DNA of 64,000 nucleotides from assembly GCA_041742395.1 (NCBI GenBank), contig JBGSIS010000028.1:31147-95146 (forward strand), given 5' to 3'. Shown here one piece after another: positions 56,601 through 64,000 of the stretch. The position numbers and the translations under genes are program-made. This DNA comes from Candidatus Saccharimonadales bacterium. GTDB lineage: Bacteria; Patescibacteriota; Saccharimonadia; Saccharimonadales; JACQNP01. Each line of letters opens with the position of its first letter. Within the stretch, counting starts at the first letter, position 1. The notes beneath the pieces are model-generated. The model was given only the letters and a program-made list of their open reading frames with translations. It did no database searches and was not told the origin of the DNA.

Positions 56601-59600
56601 AGATACTTCTCCTGCCGGGTTTATAACACCGTAGTCAACATCTGCCAATGTCGACAAACACTTTCCATTGGAACTATCTTGTTCAGTACATCCACCGATT
56701 CTATATAAACCATTTTGCCAACCAATCAAGGTATAGCCAAACCTGGTATTTGTTAAGTTATTTATTGAACCCCACGCCGAAATAGATCCATCCGCATTTA
56801 TACTTGCTATTTGAGTGTCACTTCCCACTGTCGTGCAATACCCACTTCCATTTACAGCAGTACAACCACCACTCAAATAAATGTAGGCTCCCCAAACGGT
56901 AGTGTAGCTACCTCCCCATGTACTTCTTCCAGTTGAAAAACTAGACGTAGTAACCCAGCTGTTCATTGTTCCATTTGCATTTAGTTTTGAATAGGCTACT
57001 GCATTCTGAAGCGTTCCACTACTATTACCACCAATTAAGTAAATAGTGTCATTGTATACATGCATAGTATGACCATGTCTAGCCGATGGCAAGGCAGTGC
57101 CAGATGTCCAAGTTCCCAACGTACCGTTAGGGCGAATTTCCGCATACTCGGCAGTGTTAGTTCCTCCAGTACTTGCGTCGGTCTGACCTCCCAAAAGATA
57201 TAATCTATTATTGTATGCAGCTGCCGAAAAGTAACTTCTCGCCGTAGAGCTGCTAAGACCTGTGTCCTCATACCAATAATCCCAATTATCGGGGTCAGTA
57301 TCAGTTGGATGCCAAAGCTGAGGCTCACCATTTGCACCAATTTTTGCAATATAAACAGTAGATACCCTATTACCGCTACCGTCAACTCCTCCCAGTACAT
57401 AGATGTAGCCGTTGTAAGTAATCATAGTGTGTCCTCTTCTGGCAGATGGTAAGTTATATGTTGTTTCTGTACACCAGCCATCACAAGCTCCTTCACCAGG
57501 ATTTGGACTTTCGATTTCTAGAGTATCTGAATTAAACTTTGCCCACTCTAAACTAGAAACTGCACTTTCAGGAGCGGTGGTGGTAGCGGCATTTATAGCA
57601 ACGGAAAATGCTCCATAGGTATCACTCATTTCTCCTAAGTTAACAGCAGCGGTGGCGATTCCTGCAGCAGGAGAGTTATTTAAACTGGCAGCCGTAAATC
57701 CGCAGTCATTAGTTCCAGCCGAAGTCCTTGAATCAAGTTTAGTATGATTAGCCGGTAACCAGCCTGTTGCAGTAGGAACGTCATCATCAATACCGTTTGA
57801 CCTAATAATCAACGTTTTGTTTTCATCTGGAGTTACTGCAGGATAGGTCGGGGTAGCATTACTTGCACTACTGGCAGTTCCAACAGTTCCAGCTATAGGA
57901 TCTGCTGAGTCAAAACCAGTAACCCTGACAATTGCTCCTGCAAAAGTTTCAGTTCCACTAGCCAAGTTCCAGGTGTAATTTGCGGCTTCGTTTCCGCCAC
58001 TAACGTCAGTGCCTACTTTATAATAAGCTGCAAACTCTCTAAGATCCGCCAGCTCTGTCCAGCCACCACCTCCCGGGGGGTTTACTCTGACGTCACCATC
58101 ATGGCACATCATTGCAATATATAAATCACCTGCGGGTCTACTAGTTGGCATAGTCATCTGAAATGAACTGCCGTCAGAACCGTCACTTGTACCTTGAATA
58201 TCCTGTACTTCTGGAGCAGGTGTAGTTCCGTCTGGGTTAATTGCTATAGAGCTAGCACCGTAACTATCGAATAGTGTAGTGTCACCTAATGTAGTAGTTC
58301 CACTAGCAACACCAGTTGCCGGTGGAGTATCAAGCGATGCGGCAGCAAACCCACAGTCGTTAGTACCACCGCTATTACCAGAAGATATCTTTGTGTGACC
58401 GCTTGGGACCCAAGCTGTATCACTAGGCACATCTTCATCTACACCTGCAGATCTAATTACTAATGTTGCTGAGCTGTCTGGAGTAGTAGTTGGGAAAATA
58501 GGCACAGCATTACTAGCATTACTACCTGTACCAGCGGTACCACTTACAGGATCAGCGCTATCAAATCCTGTAACCCTAACAATTACACCAAACCATTTTT
58601 CACTACCACCTGTCCATGTATAGTTAGCCGATTCATTTCCTCCACCAGAATCTGTACCGATTTTATAATAGGCTGCGTGTTCTCTTGTATCAGCATACTC
58701 TGTCCAACCTGATGGAGGGGTTATAGCTCCTGTTCCATCGTGACACATAAGTGCTACATAAAGATCTCCAGCTGGCCTTGTTGTTGGCATGGTCATCTGG
58801 AACGAGGTGTTGTCTGTCGCTAATGCAGTTTCTTGCTGATCTACAATTTGTGGCTTAGAAAGGCCAGTTCGGCCACCTGATCTATATACATATCCCCCCG
58901 CTGCAGCAGTACTCTGATCCCAAATACCGTCGTTCATGTCTAAGTTTCCCTGCCAAGCGTCGATACGCGCGCCAGTAGTTTGACTCTTCTGAATTAGCTC
59001 ATCATCAATATCAAAATCAGTATTTGTTTCGTTATTTCCCCTCATCAACTTAGCTGCTGTTTCTACATAAACAGTAGGGTCGATACTTATTGGATAGTTC
59101 AATTCCTTGAGTTTTTCGGCTCTTAAAGTTAACTTTTTGCCTTCAAGCAAAAATTTAGCTGTAGAAATAATATTTTTGTTACCAGATTCTTTTATGTATG
59201 GTGGTGGCATTCTAAAAATTAGCTTATTCTTGTTTGAGTTTTTACGTGCATCACTTAGTAACTGAGCATCCTTTTCGTTTCCTGTGGAGACCTTGCCAAG
59301 TAAAGTGGAGTTTTCTGGACCATATATTGCAAGCGACCCATCACCTTCAAGTCTAGCCTCGAGACTTTCCGGCATCTCCAATTCATATTCAAAATCTAAG
59401 CTATCTTTATAATATTGTTCCAAAATAATATCTTCCTTGAAACCAATTGACCTTAGCGAAACAACTTTAGCACCATTCTTTCCAGCTAGTGGATAAACAA
59501 GTCGATTATCGTCTTTAACTGGCTGCTTCATCTTGAATTTTGGTTTTACTTTTAATGCAACATTATAGGTAGGATCAATTAGCTCAACTCCTTCACTTGG

Positions 59601-60173
59601 ATTAGCCATAAAAGTAGCTGAAAATTTAGGACCGTAAGTTTGTCCAGCAACATCTCCAGAGACAGGATTATAATCTTTATTATAGTTAAAACTATTACTT
59701 GAATTATCAAAATTTAGCTTGGTACTTAGAAGTGGATTCTTATCAATAATTAATGCTTCTGCCTTGGGAGAAACCTTATACTGTAGTGATTTAAAATGCT
59801 CTTCAAATGTCGTAAACAAAATAAACAGAGTCATTACAAGTACAACAATAATGGTAAAAAACCTTGTAAAAACCCGATGTCTCTGACAAAAAAACATTAT
59901 TTTTTGGATAAACTTTGGAGGACGCCACATGAAGACACCCTTGTCATTTATAATCATTTTTCTAACTTTTGAGAGTTTTTGTCGTTTTTTGAATAACTTT
60001 TTCTTCTTGGGTACTTTTTTCGGATGCTTAGGTTCTGGAGTTATTGAACTAGACGGCTGATTATGACTAGCTATATTTTGTTGTTGGCCATTAGATGAAT
60101 TGACAGATTGAAAAGGCCGGACATCGCGACGAACATAACCATTATTTTGCTGTGAATTTCTATTTCTTTCCAT
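53673..60173 (-). CDS. giant membrane-anchored surface protein with many Kelch-like beta-propeller blades and a duplicated unknown module
   Basis: 2166 aa. Basic cytoplasmic N-terminus, TM segment FTIIVVLVMTLFILFTTF, then recurring Kelch-type strings (RRGHTMITYNGYIYVLGG, ARHGHTMHVYNDTIYLIGG, AAAYNNRLYLLGG, AVHDGYLYVAGG...). Confidence 0.75.
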   Translation of the reverse strand: MERNRNSQQNNGYVRRDVRPFQSVNSSNGQQQNIASHNQPSSSITPEPKHPKKVPKKKKLFKKRQKLSKVRKMIINDKGVFMWRPPKFIQKIMFFCQRHRVFTRFFTIIVVLVMTLFILFTTFEEHFKSLQYKVSPKAEALIIDKNPLLSTKLNFDNSSNSFNYNKDYNPVSGDVAGQTYGPKFSATFMANPSEGVELIDPTYNVALKVKPKFKMKQPVKDDNRLVYPLAGKNGAKVVSLRSIGFKEDIILEQYYKDSLDFEYELEMPESLEARLEGDGSLAIYGPENSTLLGKVSTGNEKDAQLLSDARKNSNKNKLIFRMPPPYIKESGNKNIISTAKFLLEGKKLTLRAEKLKELNYPISIDPTVYVETAAKLMRGNNETNTDFDIDDELIQKSQTTGARIDAWQGNLDMNDGIWDQSTAAAGGYVYRSGGRTGLSKPQIVDQQETALATDNTSFQMTMPTTRPAGDLYVALMCHDGTGAITPPSGWTEYADTREHAAYYKIGTDSGGGNESANYTWTGGSEKWFGVIVRVTGFDSADPVSGTAGTGSNASNAVPIFPTTTPDSSATLVIRSAGVDEDVPSDTAWVPSGHTKISSGNSGGTNDCGFAAASLDTPPATGVASGTTTLGDTTLFDSYGASSIAINPDGTTPAPEVQDIQGTSDGSDGSSFQMTMPTSRPAGDLYIAMMCHDGDVRVNPPGGGGWTELADLREFAAYYKVGTDVSGGNEAANYTWNLASGTETFAGAIVRVTGFDSADPIAGTVGTASSASNATPTYPAVTPDENKTLIIRSNGIDDDVPTATGWLPANHTKLDSRTSAGTNDCGFTAASLNNSPAAGIATAAVNLGEMSDTYGAFSVAINAATTTAPESAVSSLEWAKFNSDTLEIESPNPGEGACDGWCTETTYNLPSARRGHTMITYNGYIYVLGGVDGSGNRVSTVYIAKIGANGEPQLWHPTDTDPDNWDYWYEDTGLSSSTARSYFSAAAYNNRLYLLGGQTDASTGGTNTAEYAEIRPNGTLGTWTSGTALPSARHGHTMHVYNDTIYLIGGNSSGTLQNAVAYSKLNANGTMNSWVTTSSFSTGRSTWGGSYTTVWGAYIYLSGGCTAVNGSGYCTTVGSDTQIASINADGSISAWGSINNLTNTRFGYTLIGWQNGLYRIGGCTEQDSSNGKCLSTLADVDYGVINPAGEVSTVNISSGNGSGTCTGGSPTNCSLPGDDSDTDCDPDACPGDGAGEIGHMLNASTILNGYLYVFGGCTEYNCNSGTNTPTSENVSSNTAFVSINSDGSLSKPSTCSGTSYGSWCVDSTNTINGADGIAASGVTVFNNRIYLVGGFDSTGGMTGEIYYNTTNTNGSLGGAWTAVDLTTAGVAEDISYTFAYARANPLFAGSNPGNLFIFGGCGTMGTGPSCSNDYETEVYKCNITTTGSVSGCSTSSQLQIDSTPGTGGTDGLGLHSGTVYANYVYLIGGFSAAEADKDDVLYAEINNSNNIVAVSGSDWTESPNKLNVGRRRGFSFGYNGHIYSLGGFDATTSQVIPFIEWSKMNVSDGSVDPFITSSIQINQRWGLSVVVSNSYAYVIGGCDVGYSPNSCSSFEPAIQTFQLYNNDSGAINDYTAQSDQDYATSTDRIGASAAVHDGYLYVAGGCTDISCSTVTDNTQFAQLSSSDGTVGTWNNTTDSTMPGQRAFGQLEVAGDTNTTLYYIGGIDSTGDEKNDIYYGTLLSGNVSSWTAASSTLPGDRAYSGGTVWDNRIYIVGGIDDSAAVSSVVYVSPKMSSGGNMSGTWSSSTAFNVARQGPAVTAYANNLYLFGGFDGSNYLSDSQFASLGYKTGTISQSGSTVTGSGTTFASTMVGSTIQYPDGSKATVTAFGSTTSITVDVSKTVNSGTIYTIQDGSVGSWSYSNSLPGPIRDADAVSANGYIYLVGGRSASTTCLPNTLITPISANTTIATGNNPTGTGEWYETNTRYTGDRYGAALAYSNGKMYLMGGGCSSVLSTNKHYYSTVKSQPQVAIYSRMIDTDSDVFPNSWLMNGVDNSIGARWQVKYRSMNDIDGVPTDCGSADMSTWGQETDYGDVTLGDVATYTPKDGSGTDIDCARYYYFYVSIDASKTFGYPEDTARGPTITDLSLFFTSDPSKRLRHGKTFTGGEKQPLDTPCRQSNDAQCPLP
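57560..58850 (-). repeat. internal tandem duplication of an about 213-aa module of unknown fold inside the 2166-aa protein
   Basis: SFQMTMPTTRPAGDLYVALMCHDG... begins at 58805, and SFQMTMPTSRPAGDLYIAMMCHDG... begins at 58166 (period 639 nt). The two copies are collinear through NDCGF(A/T)AASL and YGA(S/F)S(I/V)AIN. Confidence 0.8.
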
Positions 60174-60288
60174 ACCCTCTTAATGAACAAAGTTCTATAG
60201 CTTAATAATAACTCTTTTTAATCTGTTAGTCCATATTTTTATAATACTAATATGCGAAAGTTAGTAGATGTAACAAAATATACAATTT

Positions 60289-60325
60289 AAAAAGAATCCT
60301 CCCTGCACTTAATCAGAGAGGATTC
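60289..60325 (-). terminator. strong rho-independent terminator
   Basis: Minus RNA reads GAAUCCUCUCUG-AUUAAGUG-CAGGGAGGAUUC, a 12-bp stem with one G-U pair, followed by UUUUU (60293-60289). Confidence 0.65.
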
Positions 60326-60333
60326 TAAAATTT

Positions 60334-60393
60334 GGGAAATTTTGTTTTGTTGTTTTTGTTTGGAAATTTGTTTTTGGATTGTTTTTGTTTTTG
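60334..60393 (-). repeat. CAAAAAC / GGAAAUUU-type short repeat tract (plus strand GTTTTTG)
   Basis: Plus strand reads gggaaattttgttttgttgtttttgtttggaaatttgtttttggattgtttttgtttttg. Similar GTTTTTGTTT strings occur at 52362-52372 and 52420-52450. Confidence 0.7.
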
Positions 60394-60524
60394 TAAACGG
60401 GTATTACCGACCAGAGCCTTGTATATTTGCGAGCCCGTTTCTTGGGTATAAGAAACTAAACCTCATACAAGGATGGTAACCAATTTATTGACCGCGACCC
60501 CCGTTTAAGGTATTCCGCGGCCAA
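60394..60524 (-). ncRNA. candidate structured RNA element (3' UTR element, leader or small RNA) of unknown class
   Basis: Nested and alternative helices read directly: 60488-60496 with 60516-60524 (9 bp); 60425-60432 with 60473-60480 (8 bp) enclosing 60445-60451 with 60458-60464 (7 bp); 60394-60401 can pair with 60500-60507 or with 60442-60449. GC-richer than the flanks by eye. Confidence 0.35.
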
Positions 60525-60654
60525 GTCGACTGCAGAGGCAATTCATAATACTTTTCTCCTTTCATTTTTACTAATGTTTCGGTAATTAACAAACTGAATC
60601 TTCAACTGGACTGGCGGTTGGTATGTTAGTGGTAATGTCATCTGGTTTTTCATT

Positions 60655-63600
60655 TTATTGTCCATTCGTAGTGAAGCTTAGGGTTGATACATAGGCATTG
60701 GCATTACTATTAGCCTTCATATTTATCTTGAATATTACGAAGTTACTTGCCGAGCTACTCGTAAAGCTACAGCCAGTTGCTTCATTTCCATTTATTCCAT
60801 ATGTATGCCATTGGTCTGCTGTGTCGCCACCGCCAGCAATAACATCTGTTTCACCAGATCCACACTGCGTTACCGCCGATCCGGTACTCTTGAACATTTC
60901 GTAAGTCACTTCTGCATTACTAGTACTATCTACTCTTCCAGTTAGCTGAACAGTATCGTCACTAGCAAATCCTCGGAAGGTAGCAGGTAACTGATATGTT
61001 ACATAAATACTGTAAGTCTGTTGTGAAGCCTGAGGCGAAGTCCATTTATAGTAGTTCTTTGCCTGACCTGTTTCACATAACGCCGCATTAACTGTTAGTG
61101 CAGCATCGTCTGAACAGAAGTCAGCGGTCATTGTTCCAACCCCAGTACCGTTTAGTACTGCACCTGCATACTCTGGATTAAGGTTTACGATGTTATCAGG
61201 AGCAGCACCACAAGCACCCCAACCGTCAGCTTCGTAACACTGAATTCTTCCTGTTACTGTGTCGTAATACATTGAGCCTAGGTATGCATCGTTATTTTCG
61301 CCAACTGGTGCACTAGCGCCACGATCTAGAGTAAACAATGTGGTTGGACCACCCTTGTTTGCTCCACCTACTTGCACATTGTTGGCAGTGTTTTGGTTCA
61401 AAGTAATCGATAATGCATCAATGTAGAATGTTCTGTCCGAAGCTGTGGGCTGATCAATAACAAGATTTGCATCTGTTACAGCAGTCACACCTGTAGTAAA
61501 TAGACATGTTATTTCAGTCCAAGTAGATGTAGAAACATTTTGAGTATTATAGTCAGTACAAGAAACGTAGTTTGATCCATTATCTGGAGTATATCTAACT
61601 CTAATATCGTTAAATGTATTTGTACTTCTTGCATAGAAAGTCACTAAATACTGAGTGTTAGTGGATGGATTAATAGATAGATTATTAATTACACCCCTGT
61701 CTACTGCGTTAGGTGTATTTACGGCAACGCTTCCGCTAGTATCATAAATTGTTGTAGTGTCTCTAGTTAATCCGTCTAGAGCTCCGAAAGCTGTCCATGT
61801 AGATGCGCTCAACGCACTGTCAACACTTCCATCAGAAGCATGATTAATATCAGCGCTCACTTGAACACTTAGGTTATCTACGTAGAATGTTCTAGATGTA
61901 GCATCAGTCTGTCTAATAAATATTGCGTTACTAGATGTAATTCCACTGCTTGGTGCAGTAAAGGTACAGATTATTCTACTCCACTTACCTGTAGTTACAG
62001 TTTGTGTTGAGGCACAAGCGGTCGTACTTGTGTTAGTACCATCCCTAGAATAGACAACTTCTAGAGTTGAGAAATTGGTAGTTCCACGGACCGCAAAAGA
62101 TACAGAGTACTTAAGGTTTGCAGTTAGTGAAGTTGAGAGAGTGTTTCTAACACCGTGATTAATTGCGGTAGTTGCAACGGATGTAGAAGCAGTACCTGTA
62201 GCTATGTAGTTACCTGCGGTTGTGTACCTTGAAACAGATCCTCCAGCAGGTGCAGCAGTCCACATTGTAAATGTACTTGTTTCGGCACCACCATTGTTTG
62301 CGTATTCAGTTGCATTGTTGTTTACACTAAATAGGTTGGAGCCGATTGATGTCTGGACTTCCAAAAGCGCACCCGTAATTGGAGTGGTAGAGTTGTTTCT
62401 TATAGTCAAACCATCGGCTGCACCACCGGCTGCGTTTAGTACCAACTCGGCACCACCAGCACTTGTCAAAGTGTTATTGTAAGCGGCCTGAAGGTCAGTT
62501 GAGCTAGATGCTCCAGCTGCTGTCCAGTCAGAACCACTCCAGATCAATGTTGCAGTAGTATTTGCCCTCATAGCAATACTGTTACCAGTGGTAGTGTTGC
62601 AAGTTCCATCATATGAAGCATTGACAAGTACATCGTTCAAACAAAGGGTGAAGTCACTTGTTGAACTTGCAGCAGTAACGTAGACAATCTTTCCTGCGGT
62701 AACATTGGTAGGGTCCGGAATGGCCGCTTCGTAACCTGTAGAGGAGAATGTCATGATAACAGCACTCTTACTATCTACATTTGCCTGAGTAATTGTACAG
62801 TCTGCGGCACCACAGCTTTGGCTTGTTGCAGTTCCATAAGTAACGGAATTTTCAAAATATGCTGCTCCGGCTGCACTTAGATTACCCTGAACCATAACCG
62901 TGCTTCCAAAATAAGACTGTTGTGCAACCTCTAGCGAACCAATAATACTAGTATTTCCAGCTCTCAAAGTTCCAGCACCACCAGCACTTGTACCTAGAGA
63001 CGTCTGAGCATCAAGTCCAGCAGTCAGATCAAGTCCACCATTAACTCTAATTCCAGGAATTTCTGTGTAAATTACATTGGTAGCTGATGAATCACCCGTA
63101 GTCGTATTCCACTGTGTAGGATATTCCGATCCACCAAATCTATATACATATCCGTTGTACAACGCACCTGAAGCACCAAAAGCATTAGCCCGATTATTTG
63201 GGTGATTACCGTATGTTGGCAAATCACCACCAGTTAGATATGTAGCGCTTCCAGCAACTGGAACTCCACTACTGTTAATATCAATTACTTGGGTCTGTGA
63301 TGGTACAGTCATGGCACTATTATTTGTTGCAGCGCTCCCCCAGTCACCTCCACCATAAACATGCAACTTGCCGTTAACCGCTTCAACGGTATGTCCAATT
63401 CTTCCATTAAATCCACCAGTAGTTGCATCAACACTAACTTCCGAAAATGTGCCAATAGTACCGTCACCGTTAATAGTAGCGTACTGCACTTCATCGTGAT
63501 CAAATACGGAATATCCAGGATTTTCTAAATCATCAAAAGTACCCCAAACTACATATACCCTACCATTCATAATTACCGAGTCATGCATTAATCTATTTGA

Positions 63601-64000
63601 TGCCAAGGTACTAGTTGTTGCCCAGTTTCCTTCAGGAATTTTTCCGTCTGGTCCAGGTTTTGCATAGTACACAGTTTGAGCACCGTTGGCATTACCCGCA
63701 GTTGAACCGCCGATAATATACAAGTAACCGTTGTAAGTTTCTGCAGAGTGATAAATTCTAGCTATTGCTGAAGCTGTATTAGCGATTGGTGTTGTAGTGT
63801 TCCAACTGCCTAATGTTCCGTCATTGTTTACTTTAGCAAAGTACACAGTTGAGTTAGCATTTCCAGAAACATAAGCATGAACTCCTGTTGCCTTGTTTGC
63901 AGAAGCTCCACCAACAACATATATATAACCGTTTATATATGTTGCGGTATGACCAGTTCTTGCGGCAGGTAAATTACAGTTATAGGGATTAGAGCCTGTA
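60655..64000 (-). CDS. giant surface protein with Kelch-like blades and two CBM-like (carbohydrate-binding-module-like) domains; 5' end beyond window
   Basis: The frame stays open from 63846 to 64000 (own translation ..LPAARTGHTATYINGYIYVVGGASANKATGVHAYVSGNANSTVYFAKVN..), so the track's GTG start is internal. Kelch strings (YHSAETYNGYLYIIGG, GHTVEAVNGKLHVYGG). Two about 150-aa modules end in TFYVDNLSVQV and TFYIDALSITL. Confidence 0.75.
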   Translation of the reverse strand, partial: TGSNPYNCNLPAARTGHTATYINGYIYVVGGASANKATGVHAYVSGNANSTVYFAKVNNDGTLGSWNTTTPIANTASAIARIYHSAETYNGYLYIIGGSTAGNANGAQTVYYAKPGPDGKIPEGNWATTSTLASNRLMHDSVIMNGRVYVVWGTFDDLENPGYSVFDHDEVQYATINGDGTIGTFSEVSVDATTGGFNGRIGHTVEAVNGKLHVYGGGDWGSAATNNSAMTVPSQTQVIDINSSGVPVAGSATYLTGGDLPTYGNHPNNRANAFGASGALYNGYVYRFGGSEYPTQWNTTTGDSSATNVIYTEIPGIRVNGGLDLTAGLDAQTSLGTSAGGAGTLRAGNTSIIGSLEVAQQSYFGSTVMVQGNLSAAGAAYFENSVTYGTATSQSCGAADCTITQANVDSKSAVIMTFSSTGYEAAIPDPTNVTAGKIVYVTAASSTSDFTLCLNDVLVNASYDGTCNTTTGNSIAMRANTTATLIWSGSDWTAAGASSSTDLQAAYNNTLTSAGGAELVLNAAGGAADGLTIRNNSTTPITGALLEVQTSIGSNLFSVNNNATEYANNGGAETSTFTMWTAAPAGGSVSRYTTAGNYIATGTASTSVATTAINHGVRNTLSTSLTANLKYSVSFAVRGTTNFSTLEVVYSRDGTNTSTTACASTQTVTTGKWSRIICTFTAPSSGITSSNAIFIRQTDATSRTFYVDNLSVQVSADINHASDGSVDSALSASTWTAFGALDGLTRDTTTIYDTSGSVAVNTPNAVDRGVINNLSINPSTNTQYLVTFYARSTNTFNDIRVRYTPDNGSNYVSCTDYNTQNVSTSTWTEITCLFTTGVTAVTDANLVIDQPTASDRTFYIDALSITLNQNTANNVQVGGANKGGPTTLFTLDRGASAPVGENNDAYLGSMYYDTVTGRIQCYEADGWGACGAAPDNIVNLNPEYAGAVLNGTGVGTMTADFCSDDAALTVNAALCETGQAKNYYKWTSPQASQQTYSIYVTYQLPATFRGFASDDTVQLTGRVDSTSNAEVTYEMFKSTGSAVTQCGSGETDVIAGGGDTADQWHTYGINGNEATGCSFTSSSASNFVIFKINMKANSNANAYVSTLSFTTNGQ

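Noticed and set aside
60505-60546. Cluster of PstI (CTGCAG), SalI (GTCGAC) and SacII (CCGCGG) sites resembling a cloning polylinker
   Set aside because: The flanking sequence does not look like vector. The order and spacing do not match the pUC-type polylinker I recall. The GC-rich palindromes take part in the predicted RNA helices. I treat it as native sequence, though a vector screen would settle it.
53673-64000. Possibility that the duplicated or variable modules of the giant proteins form a diversity-generating retroelement target (TR/VR pair)
   Set aside because: There is no reverse transcriptase gene in the window. The two module copies differ at all nucleotide types rather than mainly at adenines, and both copies are in frame within one protein.
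1-64000. Searched for mobile elements, prophage boundaries, tRNA/rRNA genes and parS-like palindromes
   Set aside because: I found no transposase, integrase or recombinase-like ORF, no inverted terminal repeats and no tRNA cloverleaf. I could not locate a TGTTTCACGTGAAACA-like site by eye, but this was not an exhaustive computational scan.

Overview
AT-rich, tightly packed window. About 50 CDSs, nearly all on the minus strand. I found no rRNA, tRNA, CRISPR array, transposase or integrase. Bases 1-32300 and 38800-47650 are housekeeping genes: pyrG, a ftsE-ftsX module followed by a PcsB-like CHAP hydrolase and an S41 protease, prfB, secA, hpf, serS, rRNA methyltransferases, lysS, greA, proS, rseP, uppS, frr, tsf, rpsB, rpmE, prfA, prmC, htrA, an LCP protein, lepB and parAB. 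RF1 and RF2 are both present and UGA reads as a stop, so the code looks standard. The reduced gene content (the usual rpsB-tsf-pyrH-frr-uppS-cdsA-rseP block lacks pyrH and cdsA), monoderm-type wall genes and giant surface proteins suggest a small-genome, episymbiont-like bacterium such as a Saccharibacteria/CPR member. That is inference only. Four regions deserve a second look. (1) 32403-38755: a five-gene cassette pairing a MoxR/AAA_5-like ATPase with a vWA/MIDAS protein that has a metallopeptidase-like N-terminus, plus three acidic proteins I cannot assign. It lies between the rpsB and rpmE promoters. (2) 17917-18867: a 7-TM heliorhodopsin-like protein whose predicted retinal Schiff-base lysine is arginine, with a lysine-rich N-terminal tail. 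(3) 47720-64000: a surface-protein island with three giant proteins (1542 aa, 2166 aa, and more than 1115 aa) built from tandem repeats, Kelch-like propeller blades, CBM-like modules and an internally duplicated unknown module. (4) 60289-60560: a structured, GC-richer intergenic RNA element with a Shine-Dalgarno-led 13-codon micro-ORF, CAAAAAC repeats and a strong terminator. Several promoters have their -10 box only 5-14 nt from the start codon, which suggests leaderless or very short-leader mRNAs.
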